DNA from: Octopus vulgaris
Lineage: Eukaryota
Direction of reading: 5' to 3'
Length of the DNA stretch: 64,000 nucleotides
NCBI GenBank assembly: GCA_951406725.2
Contig: OX597822.1
Span: 88,102,001 to 88,166,000, forward strand
The translations under genes and the position numbers were made by a program. Each line of letters starts with the position of its first letter. Position 1 is the first letter of the stretch. Of the stretch, positions 11,898 through 24,989 are shown one piece after another. Below the pieces are notes generated by a model. That model ran no database searches. It was not told the DNA's origin and saw only the letters and a program-made list of their open reading frames with translations.

Positions 11898-13163
11898 AAG
11901 TAGTGGTCTAGCGAGAAGGAAAAAATTAGTCAATAGACTATATATTATTCAAAGAAGAATACAGTGTACGTTCAAACACAAAAAAGATACCCGAAGAATA
12001 GGATATCTGACTCACTAGAAAGAGCAGTTAAAAACTCCAAGCCACCAATTGTTGTAATTCCGAAAGTGATAGGAAAATAAAAACTTTTACCTTAATCCTA
12101 GACCCTGCAAGGTTTCTGCAGACTTAAATACAGACTGAAATAAAATAACTTTATATATATATATATATACAAAGCCCAGAAATTTTATGTTGGAAAAAAT
12201 ATGTATTTATAAAATAAAATATTTACATAGCCAACTGGTTTTGCTTATGCTAATCATGACTAAAACATTGGTGATTATGTTATAATTTCATGCTATCATG
12301 TTAGTAGGAGAACAAATATGAAAGAAGATATAAAATATACTGTGCGGTGAGACTGAACCTAGGACCACATGGTCAGGAAGCAAACTTCTTAATTACACAG
12401 TCATGTCTGCTGTCATTGTTCATCAAATTACTCTTTAGCTTAGTTGTGTGTCCATTGAATTATAAGAATTGATTGAGGGAACTCATTGGTTCATCCCACC
12501 TTTTCTAAGAATTACACTTTATCAAAGAAAGTGGAGATAGTGTATGAATGCCATGCTTGAATATATCAAAGTCTCTGAAACTACATTGAAACATTCTGAT
12601 TAATTAGTTATTTGTGCTATATATACCATGTAACAATTTTACTTTATTTATTGAATTAATGTTTTGGCCTCATCTTTGATTATTTTCCTCTTTTATTTGG
12701 GGATAAACTTAAACCCTTGTTCATTTAACCCTTCGGACTTACAAGTATATTTTAGGTGTGATTTTATTTAACTATATCCCTGCAGGATGTGAAAGTGAGC
12801 AGCTGCATGGATTTGTTTTACAGCTTGTTAATTACCAGTAACTTTGTTACTATCAGCCATAAGCACAAAATCCTGTGGCTACCTACTTTTGCTCTTTCCA
12901 GGGACAGATTCAAATGAAATCACACCCACTAAAGTGTATTTGCAGATTCAAAGAGTTAAACCTCACCTCTTATTCCTTGGGTGCAATTAATGTAGTACTG
13001 TCAGTGTCAAGGATTCAGTCCAGGTTTCAAGTCTACAAAGAATGTCTTCCCTTTCTACCACTTGTTTTAAAATCTCTAAAAGTGGCTACGAATTTTGCCC
13101 TGCTTTCTCTCATTAAGTGATTAAAAAAAAAAAGTCTCTATTTAAAAAAAATTTTCTATTTAG

Positions 13164-13340
13164 CGGGTCTGAAGAAGAAAGCTGATGCTATATCGAATCA
13201 AGCAGACAAGACATCAGACACCAGTAACAAGTTATCTAACAAAGCAGATGATATCATTGATGAAATGAAGAAATATAAGGATTTAGAAAAGGTCAACTTA
13301 CAAAAGATAAAGCAGCAAATTGATGCCAGTCTTTCTCAAA
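13164..13340 (+). CDS. Laminin alpha exon 6 GLKKKADAIS...SLSQ
   Basis: tttag|CG ... A|gtatgt, phase 1/1. Confidence 0.87.
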
Positions 13341-14076
13341 GTATGTTATTTTCAATTCTGTTCTTTTAATTATTCACATCAATGTAATTAGTATGGAATG
13401 TAAATACAAGACTATTGATTTCATGATGCCTCTTGTATTGTTGGACAAGGTGCACATCTCTGATTGCCTCAGTTTGCTTGACTAACAAAATAGACCCCAC
13501 CTGTATTTGCCTTCCAACTCTGTAATTAATTAACTGTATGATTTACTTAATTCTATATATACTCTGTCTAAATTTACTGATTTCTGGGAGTAGTTTTTAT
13601 CCTTCAAAATCAATACTCCATTTCTTATGTGTTTCTACCTTTTGATTAGTGGATCTTTTCCATGTATTTAAATGTTTTCTCAAATAAACTTGCTCTTTAT
13701 TTTTAAAGTTTCACAGAAGCTGTTAGGTGATGCACAAGCACTCAGCTCTGAGTGCTCTGTATCTTATAGCAGAAACAGCTTTAAGCTTATGAATGACGTT
13801 GATTACATATTTCCTGTTCCCTTGTCAATCTTTTAATTTCTTTAATATGTAGTCATGTGCTGGTGGCATGTAAAAAGCACTCATGGAAGCACTCATGAGG
13901 TGCTACATAAAAGCACCCAGCACTCTCGGTAAAGTGGTTGGTGTTAGGAAGGTCATCTGGCCATAGAAACCATGCCAAATCAGACTGGGGCCTGGCACAG
14001 CTCTCCAGTTTGCCAGCTCTGATCAAATCATCCAACCCATGCCAGCATGGACAACAGACATTAAAAGATGATGATG

Positions 14077-14118
<42 letters not shown>

Positions 14119-14119
14119 G

Positions 14120-14309
14120 TAGGGAGAGTTTACAAAAAAAACAAAAGACGAAGACAGGTGGTGTACAAAACAAACAGATGTATTAGTATAATGCTCAGGA
14201 ATAGAAAAAGTCTTTTAGATTTCGAGCCTACGCTCTTCTACACAAAGGGACATAGAAAAAAACAAGGAGAGAAAAAATGTGTGTAGTGGCTAACGATCTA
14301 TCATGTCGA
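14120..14309 (-). mobile_element. Short non-coding element family with hammerhead-like motif (copies 58790-58960 minus, 59953-60140 plus)
   Basis: Three mutually similar copies of about 180 bp, usually next to (TA)n. Confidence 0.75.
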
Positions 14310-14345
14310 CTGTCACATATTACATTTATATATAAATGTTACATT

Positions 14346-14518
14346 TATGTGACAATTATTTGGTAGCCATGATAAAACTCCGAGTTTCAGATGCCGAGGT
14401 GGAACTCCACGCCACCATCAGAAAAATGGCCGAATAATTGAAGAGATGGTAGCATGGATTTCCACCTCGGCATCTGAAACTCAGAGTTTTATCATGGCTA
14501 CCGAATAATTGTCACATA
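14346..14518. repeat. Fold-back: 74-bp inverted arms (69/74 identical), 25-nt spacer, decayed hammerhead in right arm
   Basis: 14346-14419 vs 14445-14518; same family as 33277-33372. Confidence 0.9.
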
Positions 14519-14593
14519 TTACATTTACAGATAAATTGCTCTATTTACATAATATCGAGGTCTCTGTCATTCTTTTGTTGTCTTAACATTTTT

Positions 14594-14632
<39 letters not shown>

Positions 14633-14695
14633 CGTTATTGTTTCGTGCTTAAATTCTTGTAAATATGGTAAATATTGTTTCTTCTTATCTAACAG

Positions 14696-14847
14696 CTAAT
14701 GTGAAAGTGAAGGTAAATGATATCATTTCCAAAGTAGTCAATATGAGCAGTCAAGTGAATTCTTTGAAGTCCAAGTCTGACAAAGCTGCGGTAGATTTAA
14801 AACATCTTAGGAAGCAAATTGAATTAGCAAGATCAGCAGCCAATGCA
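14696..14847 (+). CDS. Laminin alpha exon 7 NVKVKV...LRKQIELARSAANA
   Basis: aacag|CT ... GCA|gtaagt, phase 1/0, end of coiled-coil. Confidence 0.92.
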
Positions 14848-14930
14848 GTAAGTTACCAAATATTTTAATTCCTTCTTTGTATGTTTACACACACATGCAC
14901 ATTCACACACAAACACACACACACACACAA

Positions 14931-14986
<56 letters not shown>

Positions 14987-15190
14987 ACACATATTGGTCA
15001 ATACATTAATGAAGATCGAAGGTTGGAATGATAATGCTGGTGATATTTGTGTGTGTATCCACCAATATATCTGTGTGTATGTATTGTAAATGTAATGAAC
15101 AAAAGCAAAAAGAAAAAGACAACACAGGGAGGACAAATTTGGACAAATATTGTATTAGTCTAATGGTTCAATAGAACAGAAGAGTAAGAA

Positions 15191-15225
15191 CCTTAATATT
15201 TTGGACTAAGTCATTCATCAGAAAA
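15191..15225 (-). ncRNA. Decayed minimal hammerhead motif
   Basis: Minus: TTTT-CTGATGA-AT-GAC(TTA)GTC-C-AAAA-TA-TT-AAGG; GAAACG appears lost by CpG decay. Confidence 0.45.
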
Positions 15226-17115
15226 AAAAAGAATATAAGAAGTATGAGAACGAAGGTAAGTGTCTGAGAAGAAAGGAAGAAAAATGTGTGTGTATGTATT
15301 TGTGTCTGTGTGTCTGCATATGTACGTATGTGTATATATGCATGCATATGTATATGTAAATGCATATTGTCCATGTGTGTATCTGTACAAATATGTATGT
15401 GTATATAGTCAACAGATTAGATCCAGAGATTCTCAGTATAGAAGATACTTCATAATGCTTAGATGGTTCAAACATAGACTCCAATGTCTTTACTAGGGAT
15501 CAATTCCATGGGGTAAATAATGATTATAAGAGGGATCAAGTTGAGTAGATATGGAGGCAGTTAAGCAGATAAGCAAATCAGATATATTAAATATAACAGT
15601 TCAGGTACAATATACAAAATATGTGTATATGTTTACATGCAAAATGACAGAAAGTATAAAGTGAAAACTTTCAGACAATGAATATTTAAGTGTTAATATA
15701 TAGATATTTATATCAACAAATCCAACTTACACAGAGTATAAATGACAGAGAAAATTTAAGGGGGACTTGGAGATCCATCGTACCTATTTCTTTACTACCC
15801 ACAAGGGGCGAAACACAAAGAGGACAAACAAGGACAGACTAACAGAGTAAGTTGATTATATCAACCCCAGTGCGTAACTGGTACTTATTTAATCAACCCC
15901 GAAAAGATGAAAGGCAAAGTCAACCTCGGCGGAATTTGAACTCAAATCATAACTCAAATTCTGCCGAGGTCATCAGAACGTAGCTCAAATTCCGTCGATC
16001 CATCATACCCTGATGACAGAGGCTTGATTTATCCAACGTGGATGGCTTCCATTACGGCTGCATATTGTGATGAACTACATCTACAAAGATGTAGAGGCTT
16101 GGATCTCCAAGCCTCTACAAACAGCTGATGGACTTATAACACCTTTTTTCCTCCCCTTTAATTTTCTCTGTCATTTTGTATTCTGTGTAAGATGGATTAT
16201 TAATATAAATATCTATATATTTATACTTCAATATTCATCATCTGAAAGTTTTCATTTTAGCTTTTTTACGTTTTGCATGTACACATTCTTTTATTCTTTT
16301 CAGTCATTTGATTGCACTGCCTTTAGTCAAACAATTCAACCCCAGGACTTATTCTTTGTAAGCCTAGTACTTACACTATCGGTCTCTTTTGTTGAACTGC
16401 TAAGTTACAGGGACATAAACACACCAACATTGATTGTCAAGCGAGGGTGGGAGGGACAAACACAGACACAAACATAAACATATACACACACACACATACA
16501 TGCACACATATATACATGATGGGCTTCTTTCAGTTTTTGTCTACCAAATCCACTCACAAGGCTTTGGTCGGCCTGAGGCTATAGTTGTAGACACTTGCCC
16601 AAGGTGCCATGCAGTGGGACTGAACCCAGAACCATGTGGTTGGTAAGCAAGCTACTTACCACACAACCACTCTTGTACTTATATTATTTTGTATTTCATA
16701 CCCAAACTGTTATATTTAATACATCTAATTTGTTTATCCATGTAATTGCCTCTATATGTATATGTATATACATAGATGTATCCATGTATATATGTGTATG
16801 TGTGAATGCATACATGTCTGTCTTTTTGTTTTTTCGTGTTGGCTTATTCTAAAAGAAGGGAGATGATCCCTCCTATCTTGCTGACGAAGAGGCATAGGAC
16901 AATATTCCTTGTGTTAGAATCATGTGACTTTAGAACCAATATCTAATGGGCAAGTAGTAAAAAGACACAGATATACAAACACCTCCAACAAAAGATTTCC
17001 CTAACCTTTTTGCAGCATATTCCTTATAGAATTTACATTTTAAACTTTTTGATTTTTATATATATATATATATACACACCCACATCATCATCATCATCGT
17101 TGTTGTCGCAATAAT

Positions 17116-17488
17116 AACAATAGCACTCAGAGAGCACAAACCTCTGCCAAGGCAACACCAATGTCCTCTCAATGATTAGCCAGAGATGAATTTTAAAATG
17201 AGAATATCTGAAATTAACTCGACTGCTCTCACAAACGAGAGTACTAAAAATGAACCTGACCACTCTCAAAAATTAAAAAGAGCAGAAAAATAATCTAGAA
17301 ACCTTGTCCAGTACCAGATTGATCCCAAAATCTAATCAGTTCGTGCCAGTCATGAGGCCAAACATACCTGAAAGTTTCATCTGAATCTATCCAGCGGTTC
17401 TTAAGATATCTTGTCCACGGACAAACAAACAAACAAACAAACATGACTGAAAACATTTCCTCTGCCTTCGCTAAAGTGGAGGTAATAA
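17116..17488 (+). mobile_element. Non-autonomous Helentron-associated (HINE/DINE-like) element
   Basis: Subterminal ACCTCTGCC ... GTGGAGGTAATAA, (CAAA)n before the 3' hairpin. Confidence 0.5.
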
Positions 17489-18906
17489 CATAACATCCAT
17501 ACTCCATGCTGGAATGAATTGGATGGTTCAACAGAATCTGACCAGCCTGATGGTTGCATTGGTCTCCAAAGTCTGTTTTGGCAAGCTTCCTATGGCTTGA
17601 TGGCCTTTCTAATGCCAACTACATTACTCTGTGTATTGAGTGCTTTATTTTATGGCATGAGTACTGATGGTGTCCCTAAGTAACTTGCAAGAGGAGACAC
17701 CTTGACAGAGTAGAAGTGCAGTATTGAGGGAGGTGATTTTTGTTAGATGTTGAGAGGTTTATGTAGGAATGGAAAACAGGAGCTTGTGTCTTGCTGTAGA
17801 GGAGATGTATGACTATCCCAGCAGGAAAAAAGGAAGGATGGTGGAAATGAAATATCAAGTTATACTCTCAAGTTACAAGATGGCTAGAGAGAGAATAGGG
17901 GTAGAGAATCAAAGCTGGCTGGGTGGTTAGGTTGGTTCAGGAGAATATAAAAGGAGAATATAAGATGGCAGAGATGAGGACAGTTTATATATTGCTGTCA
18001 TTAAGTATATGTTTTCACCTTTGCCCATGGAAATCATCAGATAAGTTGTCATTCAAAAAATATTGTCTGCAGCCATTTTTGAAAGACAGCTTAAATAAAA
18101 AAAAACAAATAGGTGCAGGTGTAGATGTGTTAAAAAGTTTGCTTCTCAATCTCATGGTTTTTGGGTTCAGTCCTACCTCATGACATATTGGGCAAGTGTC
18201 TTCTACTACAGCCTCAGACTAAAGCAAATCCTTAGGCCTCCAACCTGACCTTTCGCAACACCCTTAAAGCCAGGAACTTTTCAGTGCCTTCTCATATATG
18301 CTCTTTAAGAGAGTCACTTCAGTACTCCTTAAGCATAATTATAAGAACACATTTATCTTTTGTTTTTTGTTTCAGTCATTGGATTGCAGCCATGATGTGG
18401 CCATGCCTTGAATGTTTGTAGTTACAGGAATCAACCTTAGCACTTATTTTTATAAGCCTGGTACTTATCTTTTGCCAAACAGCTGGATCTCAAAAACACT
18501 GTTAAACTGGCAACCTTTGAGCAGCATTTTCATATTGGGGAAGAGATGGAAGTCCGCAAGTGCCAAATCTGGTGAATAGGGTGGGTGCAGAAGCAATAAT
18601 CTGTTGCTTTTGGGAAGAAACTCATGAGTTATTGAAATGTGAACAAATCCTCATTGTCGAGTGGTAGTGAGGGATAAACACAAAGACAAACATGCAAACA
18701 CAAATACACACACACACGTGATAGGCTTCTTTCAATTTCTGTATACCAAACCCACTCACAAGGCTTAGCAGAAGATACTAGCCCAAGATGCCATAGTGGG
18801 AGTGAGTGGGGTACCATGTAGTTGAGAGGCAGACCTCTTGCTACAGTCACAAATACAAATATATTTGTACATGTTTTTATAACTGTTGTGTTTTTTTTAC
18901 TTTCAG

Positions 18907-19074
18907 ATTATTGTGAGCTTGAAAATGTTCCCTAACACCACTCTACAACTACGTAGCCCTTCTGTACCAGGCTCTTATTCCAACAACAAAATACAAATGT
19001 TTATCAATCCAGTATCTGACAATGGGTTGTTGGCTTATATTGGCAATCCATTTGAACCGGCTCCTTTAAATGAG
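18907..19074 (+). CDS. Laminin alpha exon 8 (LG1 start) IIVSLKMF...GLLAYIGN...NE
   Basis: tttcag|ATT ... GAG|gtatgt, phase 0/0. Confidence 0.92.
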
Positions 19075-19364
19075 GTATGTTATAGCTTACGTCATTTTCT
19101 ATTCTGTATGAGGTGTGCATGTGTGTTTGTGTTTGCATACACACATGTGACACAATATACATGACAAAGTATAAACAATATAGTATACATGGCATACAAC
19201 AAACATGACAGACAATGTATGACATAAAATATATATATGACATATTATGTATATGGTATGCAATATATACATGCATGCATGCATGTATACATATATGCAT
19301 GCATACATACATACATGCATGCATGCATAATATATATATATACCAGAGTAAGCACATAAATGTG

Positions 19365-20234
19365 AAACAAGGTGGAAAAAAAAAGTACTCAAATACCAGA
19401 GGTAGAGTAATATGCTTTATTTAAAAGCAGCAGAAATATAACAAAAGCTATTACTCAGAGTTTCACGTTCCCGTTTGTTGGACAGTTTTGTTACAATAGA
19501 ACAGAAATAACGATATGATCAAAACTAGTTAAAGGATACACCTTTAAAAATGGATTTGTTTCATTGGTCCTTTCAAATAACGGTCTTAAGCATGTGATAA
19601 ACAAAATAAATGAATTCAATATAAATTCATCCTATTATAAAAAAAAATCGAGGAAAAACCTTAAATTGAAGAGCGGATTCAAAATGCATATTGTCATTAA
19701 TTATATATGAAATATAATTCCATTAATACAATTAATACATTAAAAGTTAAAATATTTTACAACAGTATATACACAGACCATATGCATATGAAGACATATG
19801 TAAGACGTAAATATACACACAAATACACACATACATATATATACATATGTACGCAATCTTGCCCGCATGCAAAAATCACTTGGTGTATACATATATACTA
19901 GAAGTAAAATGCAGAGAGGGGGAAGAAAAAGAAATAGAAAAGGTAAGGATGTTATAAGCAACAGTTAGCTAAAGAAGTGAGTAAGAGAAGGGGAGGAGCT
20001 CATAAAGTTAAAAGACTCTATACAAATAACAAATAGGGGGAGAAAAAATACTTTTTCATAACAAAGGAAAGATAGGAGTTTGAATATGCATAACGAACGT
20101 ACACAAAATAAAATTACATATACATGTATATATTAAAGTGTATATTAGCAGTAAATACACATATAAGAACACATATAAATATATGGAAATAATTACATAA
20201 ATACACATCCACACAAATTCAAGTGAATACATGC

Positions 20235-20265
<31 letters not shown>

Positions 20266-20875
20266 CATGCATGTATGTGCATATGTATAAACATACACGC
20301 TTACTTACACATATAAATAAGCGCATACATACAAATACATATGCATGCCAACAATACAAACATCCACATGAAAACATGTCTAGGTCCTGACATATATACA
20401 AACAACATTATTTAAAAAAATTGCTGAGTGCATAATAATAAAATTTGGATAAAAGACATGCAAAATAGAATACCTTATATCGAATTATCTATAAATTAAA
20501 CGATTAAAATGGATTTATAAAATACAATAAAATGAAATAAAATAAAAGAATCTTAAACAAGAAAATAATATTTGTATATAACAGTTGAGGGTTTTCCTTA
20601 AAAATTATGTCGAAATATATACAATAACTTTGCGATGCAGAATAAATCATGCATAATAAGAAACAAATCCAACAGTGTGATTAAAAACTAGACCAAGAAT
20701 CAAAAATATATGCTATCCATATGGTATATTGCTAGCTGACATTTTAAATTTAGCTTCATGTCTGCAGGAATTCAAGAGTTCGCTTCTTTGATTTAAAGAG
20801 TTATTGTCCTGGAATAAAATGAAATATTTTTCCAGCAGGCATAAATCACATTTGATGGGTCTTTTATCTGCACCA
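19365..20875 (-). mobile_element. Penelope-like element 3' fragment with long 3' UTR
   Basis: Minus 20880-20713 reads KCDLCLLEKYFILFQDNNSLNQRSELLNSCRHEAKF...G* (PLE GIY-YIG tail); decayed hammerhead at 19444-19489 on the same strand. Confidence 0.7.
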
Positions 20876-20879
20876 TGCC

Positions 20880-21355
20880 TGTACTTTTAAACAGGCCAGT
20901 TAAGCAACACTGGCATCAGCCATGACTATGATCTCACTTGGCTTGCCAGGTCTTCTCAAGCAAAGGTTTCAGTTGCTTGTCATTGCCTCTCTGAGGCCCA
21001 ACATTCAAAGGTCATGCTTCACCACCTCATCCCATGTCTTCCTGGGCCTACCTCTTCCACAGGTTCCCTCCACTATTAGGTGGTGACACTTCTTCACACA
21101 GTTGTCTTCATCCATACACAACACACGACCATACCAGTACAGTTGTCTCTCTTGCACACCACATCTGATGCTTCTTACTTTTCTCTGAAGTCACACTATG
21201 TTGTGTATGCACACTGACATTACACATCCAGTAGAGTGTACTAGCTTAATTTCTTTCAAGCCTACACATGTCCTCAGCAGTCACAGCCCATGTTTCACTG
21301 CCATGTAGCATAGCAGTTTGCACACATGCATCATACAGTCTGCCTTTCTCTCTGA
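20880..21355 (-). mobile_element. RTE-clade LINE 3' fragment
   Basis: Minus RLYDACVQTAMLHGSETW and GR.RKTW motifs; related RTE 3' tails at 30880-31450, 40740-40960, 48320-48750. Confidence 0.75.
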
Positions 21356-22359
21356 GTGAATTTAAAAACTAGTTTTCTTGATGCTTCTTTCAAAATTCCT
21401 ATTCACACATTCACCAGTGTAAATTGAACTAAGTAAAACATTAGAGAAAGAAACTGAGCTGTTTCTTACAATAAATACATCTAAACCAAAATTTTTTCAA
21501 GGGCTATTGTAATTGTTGAAGAATTAACAGAGAAGCTTGGATTTGGTCATTCAACCATTCATTGACACCCATGTGCTATTGCAAAATAGCAAATTGGGTC
21601 ATTGGTTCCTCACAAACTTTCCGAGTCTAATTGTGCGCAGAGAGTGAATGTGTGCTCTTCTTTGCTGTCATGTCTCACAAATGGACCTTTTTTGGACTGA
21701 ATAGTGACTGGTGATGAGAAATGGGTTCTCTATAAAAATGTCAGGTGCCAAAGACAGTGAGTAGGGAAAGGAGAAACACCGACACCCTAGGCTAAAAAAG
21801 GTCTTCACCCACGTAAGGTGTTGTTATCTGTTTAGTGGGATATGAAAGCTTTAGTCCACTTTGAATTTTTAAACCCAAACTAAACGATAACAAAGGAGAT
21901 CTAGTGCAAGCAGCTTGAGCAGCTTAAATGAGCACTAGAAGAAAAATGATCATCTTTGGTTTCAAAATGAAAGGTGCTCTTCCATCAGGATAATGCTTGG
22001 CCACATACAGCGAGGATGACATTCCAAAGGCCAGAGCAGTTTGGATAGGAAATGATGCCCCACCCACCATATTCACTGGATATTGCCCCAGCTAATTATC
22101 ATTTATTCTGCAGTCTTCAAAATCATTTGAGTGGAAAAAATATGAATTCTGTAATTGAGGTCAGAACAGTACTGGAGGAGTATTTTTCATCACAGACGAG
22201 TGAATTTTAGAAGTAGGGCCTTGCAAGTCTACCAGATAAATGGAAGGGCATTGTAGAAAATGTAGGAATGTATATTTTAGATTAAAAAAGAAGTTTGTCT
22301 TAATTTTGAAAAATAAAAGAAGTATAAAAAAACTGCATTATTTATGGGATGACCTAATA
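21356..22359 (+). mobile_element. Decayed mariner transposase (DD34D) with 3' TIR
   Basis: IVTGDEKWVLY, LHPRKVLLSV, HQDNA.PH, PHPPYSLDIAP with many stops. Confidence 0.88.
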
Positions 22360-22711
22360 ACTACTGCAATGGATTGACAATTTTCATTAGAATGCGTGTG
22401 CCAAATTTCATTATCCTACCTTGTGTTTATTATGAATAATCAAGAAATATCAATGGGTAAATCTTTCTGGGATACCCTGTACAATATACTAGGGTGAGTC
22501 AAAAATTGGAAGCACTCTTGTTTCTGTAATTTATTAAAACTGAAAGCAGGGATTGAACAATTGGACCATTTTTCAACACAGTTGATATATTGACTAATTT
22601 TGTATGACTTAATAATGTATGGACTAATTATAAATGGTCTAATCATACATGGTCTAATTATCTATGAGCTATGTTTTCTGATATTCTTTTTTTTTTCTTT
22701 TTTATTTTCAG

Positions 22712-22839
22712 GATTTTCTTGCTTTGGAATTGGTCAATAACTACGTTGTAATGAAATATAATCTGGGATCTGGCATAACAACTGTTAAAAACCAATTATT
22801 TGTTCAACCAAATGTTTGGCACTATATTGAAGCTAAAAG
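22712..22839 (+). CDS. Laminin alpha exon 9 (LG1) DFLALEL...YNLGSG...WHYIEAK
   Basis: tttcag|GAT ... AG|gttaat, phase 0/2, LamG motif; absent from the ORF track. Confidence 0.93.
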
Positions 22840-23740
22840 GTTAATTTTTGTACATCATTTGATATAAATAATTATTATTGTATTCTCCTGTTGAGGGCAT
22901 ATCATTTGATATGGTTACTATTGTATTGTATTGGACAAGTTTCATAGCATCTTGACACTTATTGCAGTTTTTCTTGATCCTGTATACATAGCAACAGAAT
23001 TAATTTTTGTATGTCTTGTACTTTTGGCATGTATTGTACTGTTGGATGCTATTCCTATGACCAACCACTCTGCAGTGTTGACCCAATAGGTTTTATCATG
23101 CTACCAGTTGCAGAGTGTGTCTGCAGCAAGACTAAAGCTTCCTCTATTATACATCAACAGTTTTAATTAGAAATTAGGTTCTCCAAGACAGGTGCTGATT
23201 GCACTAAGACTTGCAGAATTCGCTTTTTATTTATTTATTTTGATCTTACTAAATTCTTGGATCAAACCCAACTTAGATATTTTGTTTTTAGAAGTGTCAA
23301 ACGTGTATTGTATTATACAGACAAGAAGGTAATATTTCGAATGCTGTATAGCCATGAAAACATAAAAAAGATTAGGTATTACTACCCTTACAAGGCAGAA
23401 AAAAGTTGTCAACAGACAGCCACAGGACTCAAACCTGCACCTCTCAGATACCAGCTGAGTACTCTACCATTAAGCTAAGCTGCCCATTGACAACAATCTC
23501 CATCAAATTAAGTTAAATACATAGCGTTTTCAGAATGTAACAACAACATATGTAAACAAACTTTTGTTTTGTTTGTAATAATACCCAATTTTTCTGCTGT
23601 TTTCACAGTTATACTGCATTCAAAATGTTACCTTCTCCATATGATACCAAATGTGATATATTTTTGTCTTTCTGAGTTTCAAACCATCTCACTCAAGTTC
23701 CCCAGTTTAGGATCATGACCTTACTATATATTACCATAAA

Positions 23741-23972
23741 AGGCGGCGAGCTGGCAGAAACGTTAGCACGCCGGGCGAAATGCTTTGTGGTATTTCGTCT
23801 GTCGTTACGTTCTGAGTTCAAATTCCGCCGAGGTCGACTTTGCCTTTCATCCTTCCGGGGTCGATAAATAAAGTACCAGTTTCGCACTGGGGTCGATGTA
23901 ATCGGCTTAATCCGTTTGTCTATCCTTGTTTGTCCCCTCTATGTTTAGCCCCTTGTGGGTAATAGAGAAATA
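23741..23972 (+). mobile_element. SINE family B (AAGGCGGCGAGCTGGCAGAA head) with 20-bp target site duplication
   Basis: TATATATTACCATAAAAGGC at 23725-23744 and 23973-23992. Other copies 15780-15990(-), 25010-25212(-), 28590-29200, 40310-40715, 54150-54340, 63055-63420. Confidence 0.85.
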
Positions 23973-24838
23973 TATATATTACCATAAAAGGCATTAATGC
24001 TTACATGGATATGATTTAGCTAATCAGATTGGTGGATGTATAATCATACAAAGGGGTGCTTAAATGTTCCTGGCTTTGGGTAAAAGAAAATACAGGAGGA
24101 TTAGTTAATTATGATTTTATTCAACATATTCCCCTCTCATATTCACACACTTATTGCAGCAGTCCTTCAGTTTTTCTAAGCCCTGTAAAAGAAATCGGAA
24201 GGTTGGACCTTTTGCAATGCCCTTAAAGCCAGGAACTTTTTAACACACTATCATATAAACAGTAGACTTGAAAGTAAGTTCTGTGAATTTGAAGCCTTTG
24301 AGGGGTCAGTTTTTCGAAGCCCTGTAAAAGGAGTTGAAAGGTTGGAAGGTACGAAGACTAAAAGGAGCAGCACATATGCTAGGACACAACAACCTCCTAA
24401 GCAAACTGAGTGCAGATATGAGTAGCATATGGGAACTGGTATTAAGGAAGGATAGGAAAATATTAGATTTATAATCCTTAAGATTCACTCAATAATCTTA
24501 AATACTCTTAAAGCCAGGGAACTTTTCAGCACCCCCTTGTAAGTGTATAAAAAGTTTTCCATTTCCTGACCACCAAATTCCACTTACATTACTGAGTCAG
24601 CATGAGACTATGGTGGAAAGCATTTTCTTTTCTTTCTTTTTTTTGGGGTGGGGGGGTTCAAGCTGCCTTGAAATCTAATTCAGAATCACCATGCTGTATC
24701 TGTCAAATTTTATATAATTAAATTTCATTTTATTTGTTTTTATTAATATTCCTTTTGAACTTTTCTGTCTTAATATTCTTTTCTAAAATGTTGCAGTAAT
24801 GCCATTTTGTTTATCTTTTCCCGTTTTTCACTTTGCAG

Positions 24839-24989
24839 AACTGGTTCATCGGTTGAACTTCTTGTATCAAATGGAAACAAATCAGAAGTTGCAACAGACA
24901 AGTCTAACAGTGCCTTTTCTTTGTTGGAACTCAATCCTGAAACAACCCACTTTTATATCGGAGGTTACCCATTCAATATGAATAATAGG
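24839..24989 (+). CDS. Laminin alpha exon 10 (LG1) TGSSVEL...FYIGGYP...NR
   Basis: tgcag|A ... AGG|gtaaat, phase 2/0. Confidence 0.92.

Noticed and set aside
16010-16060. Isolated CTGATGA (also 6949) and CTGAAGA (29576, 43393)
   Set aside because: No paired helix II followed by GAAA; expected by chance.
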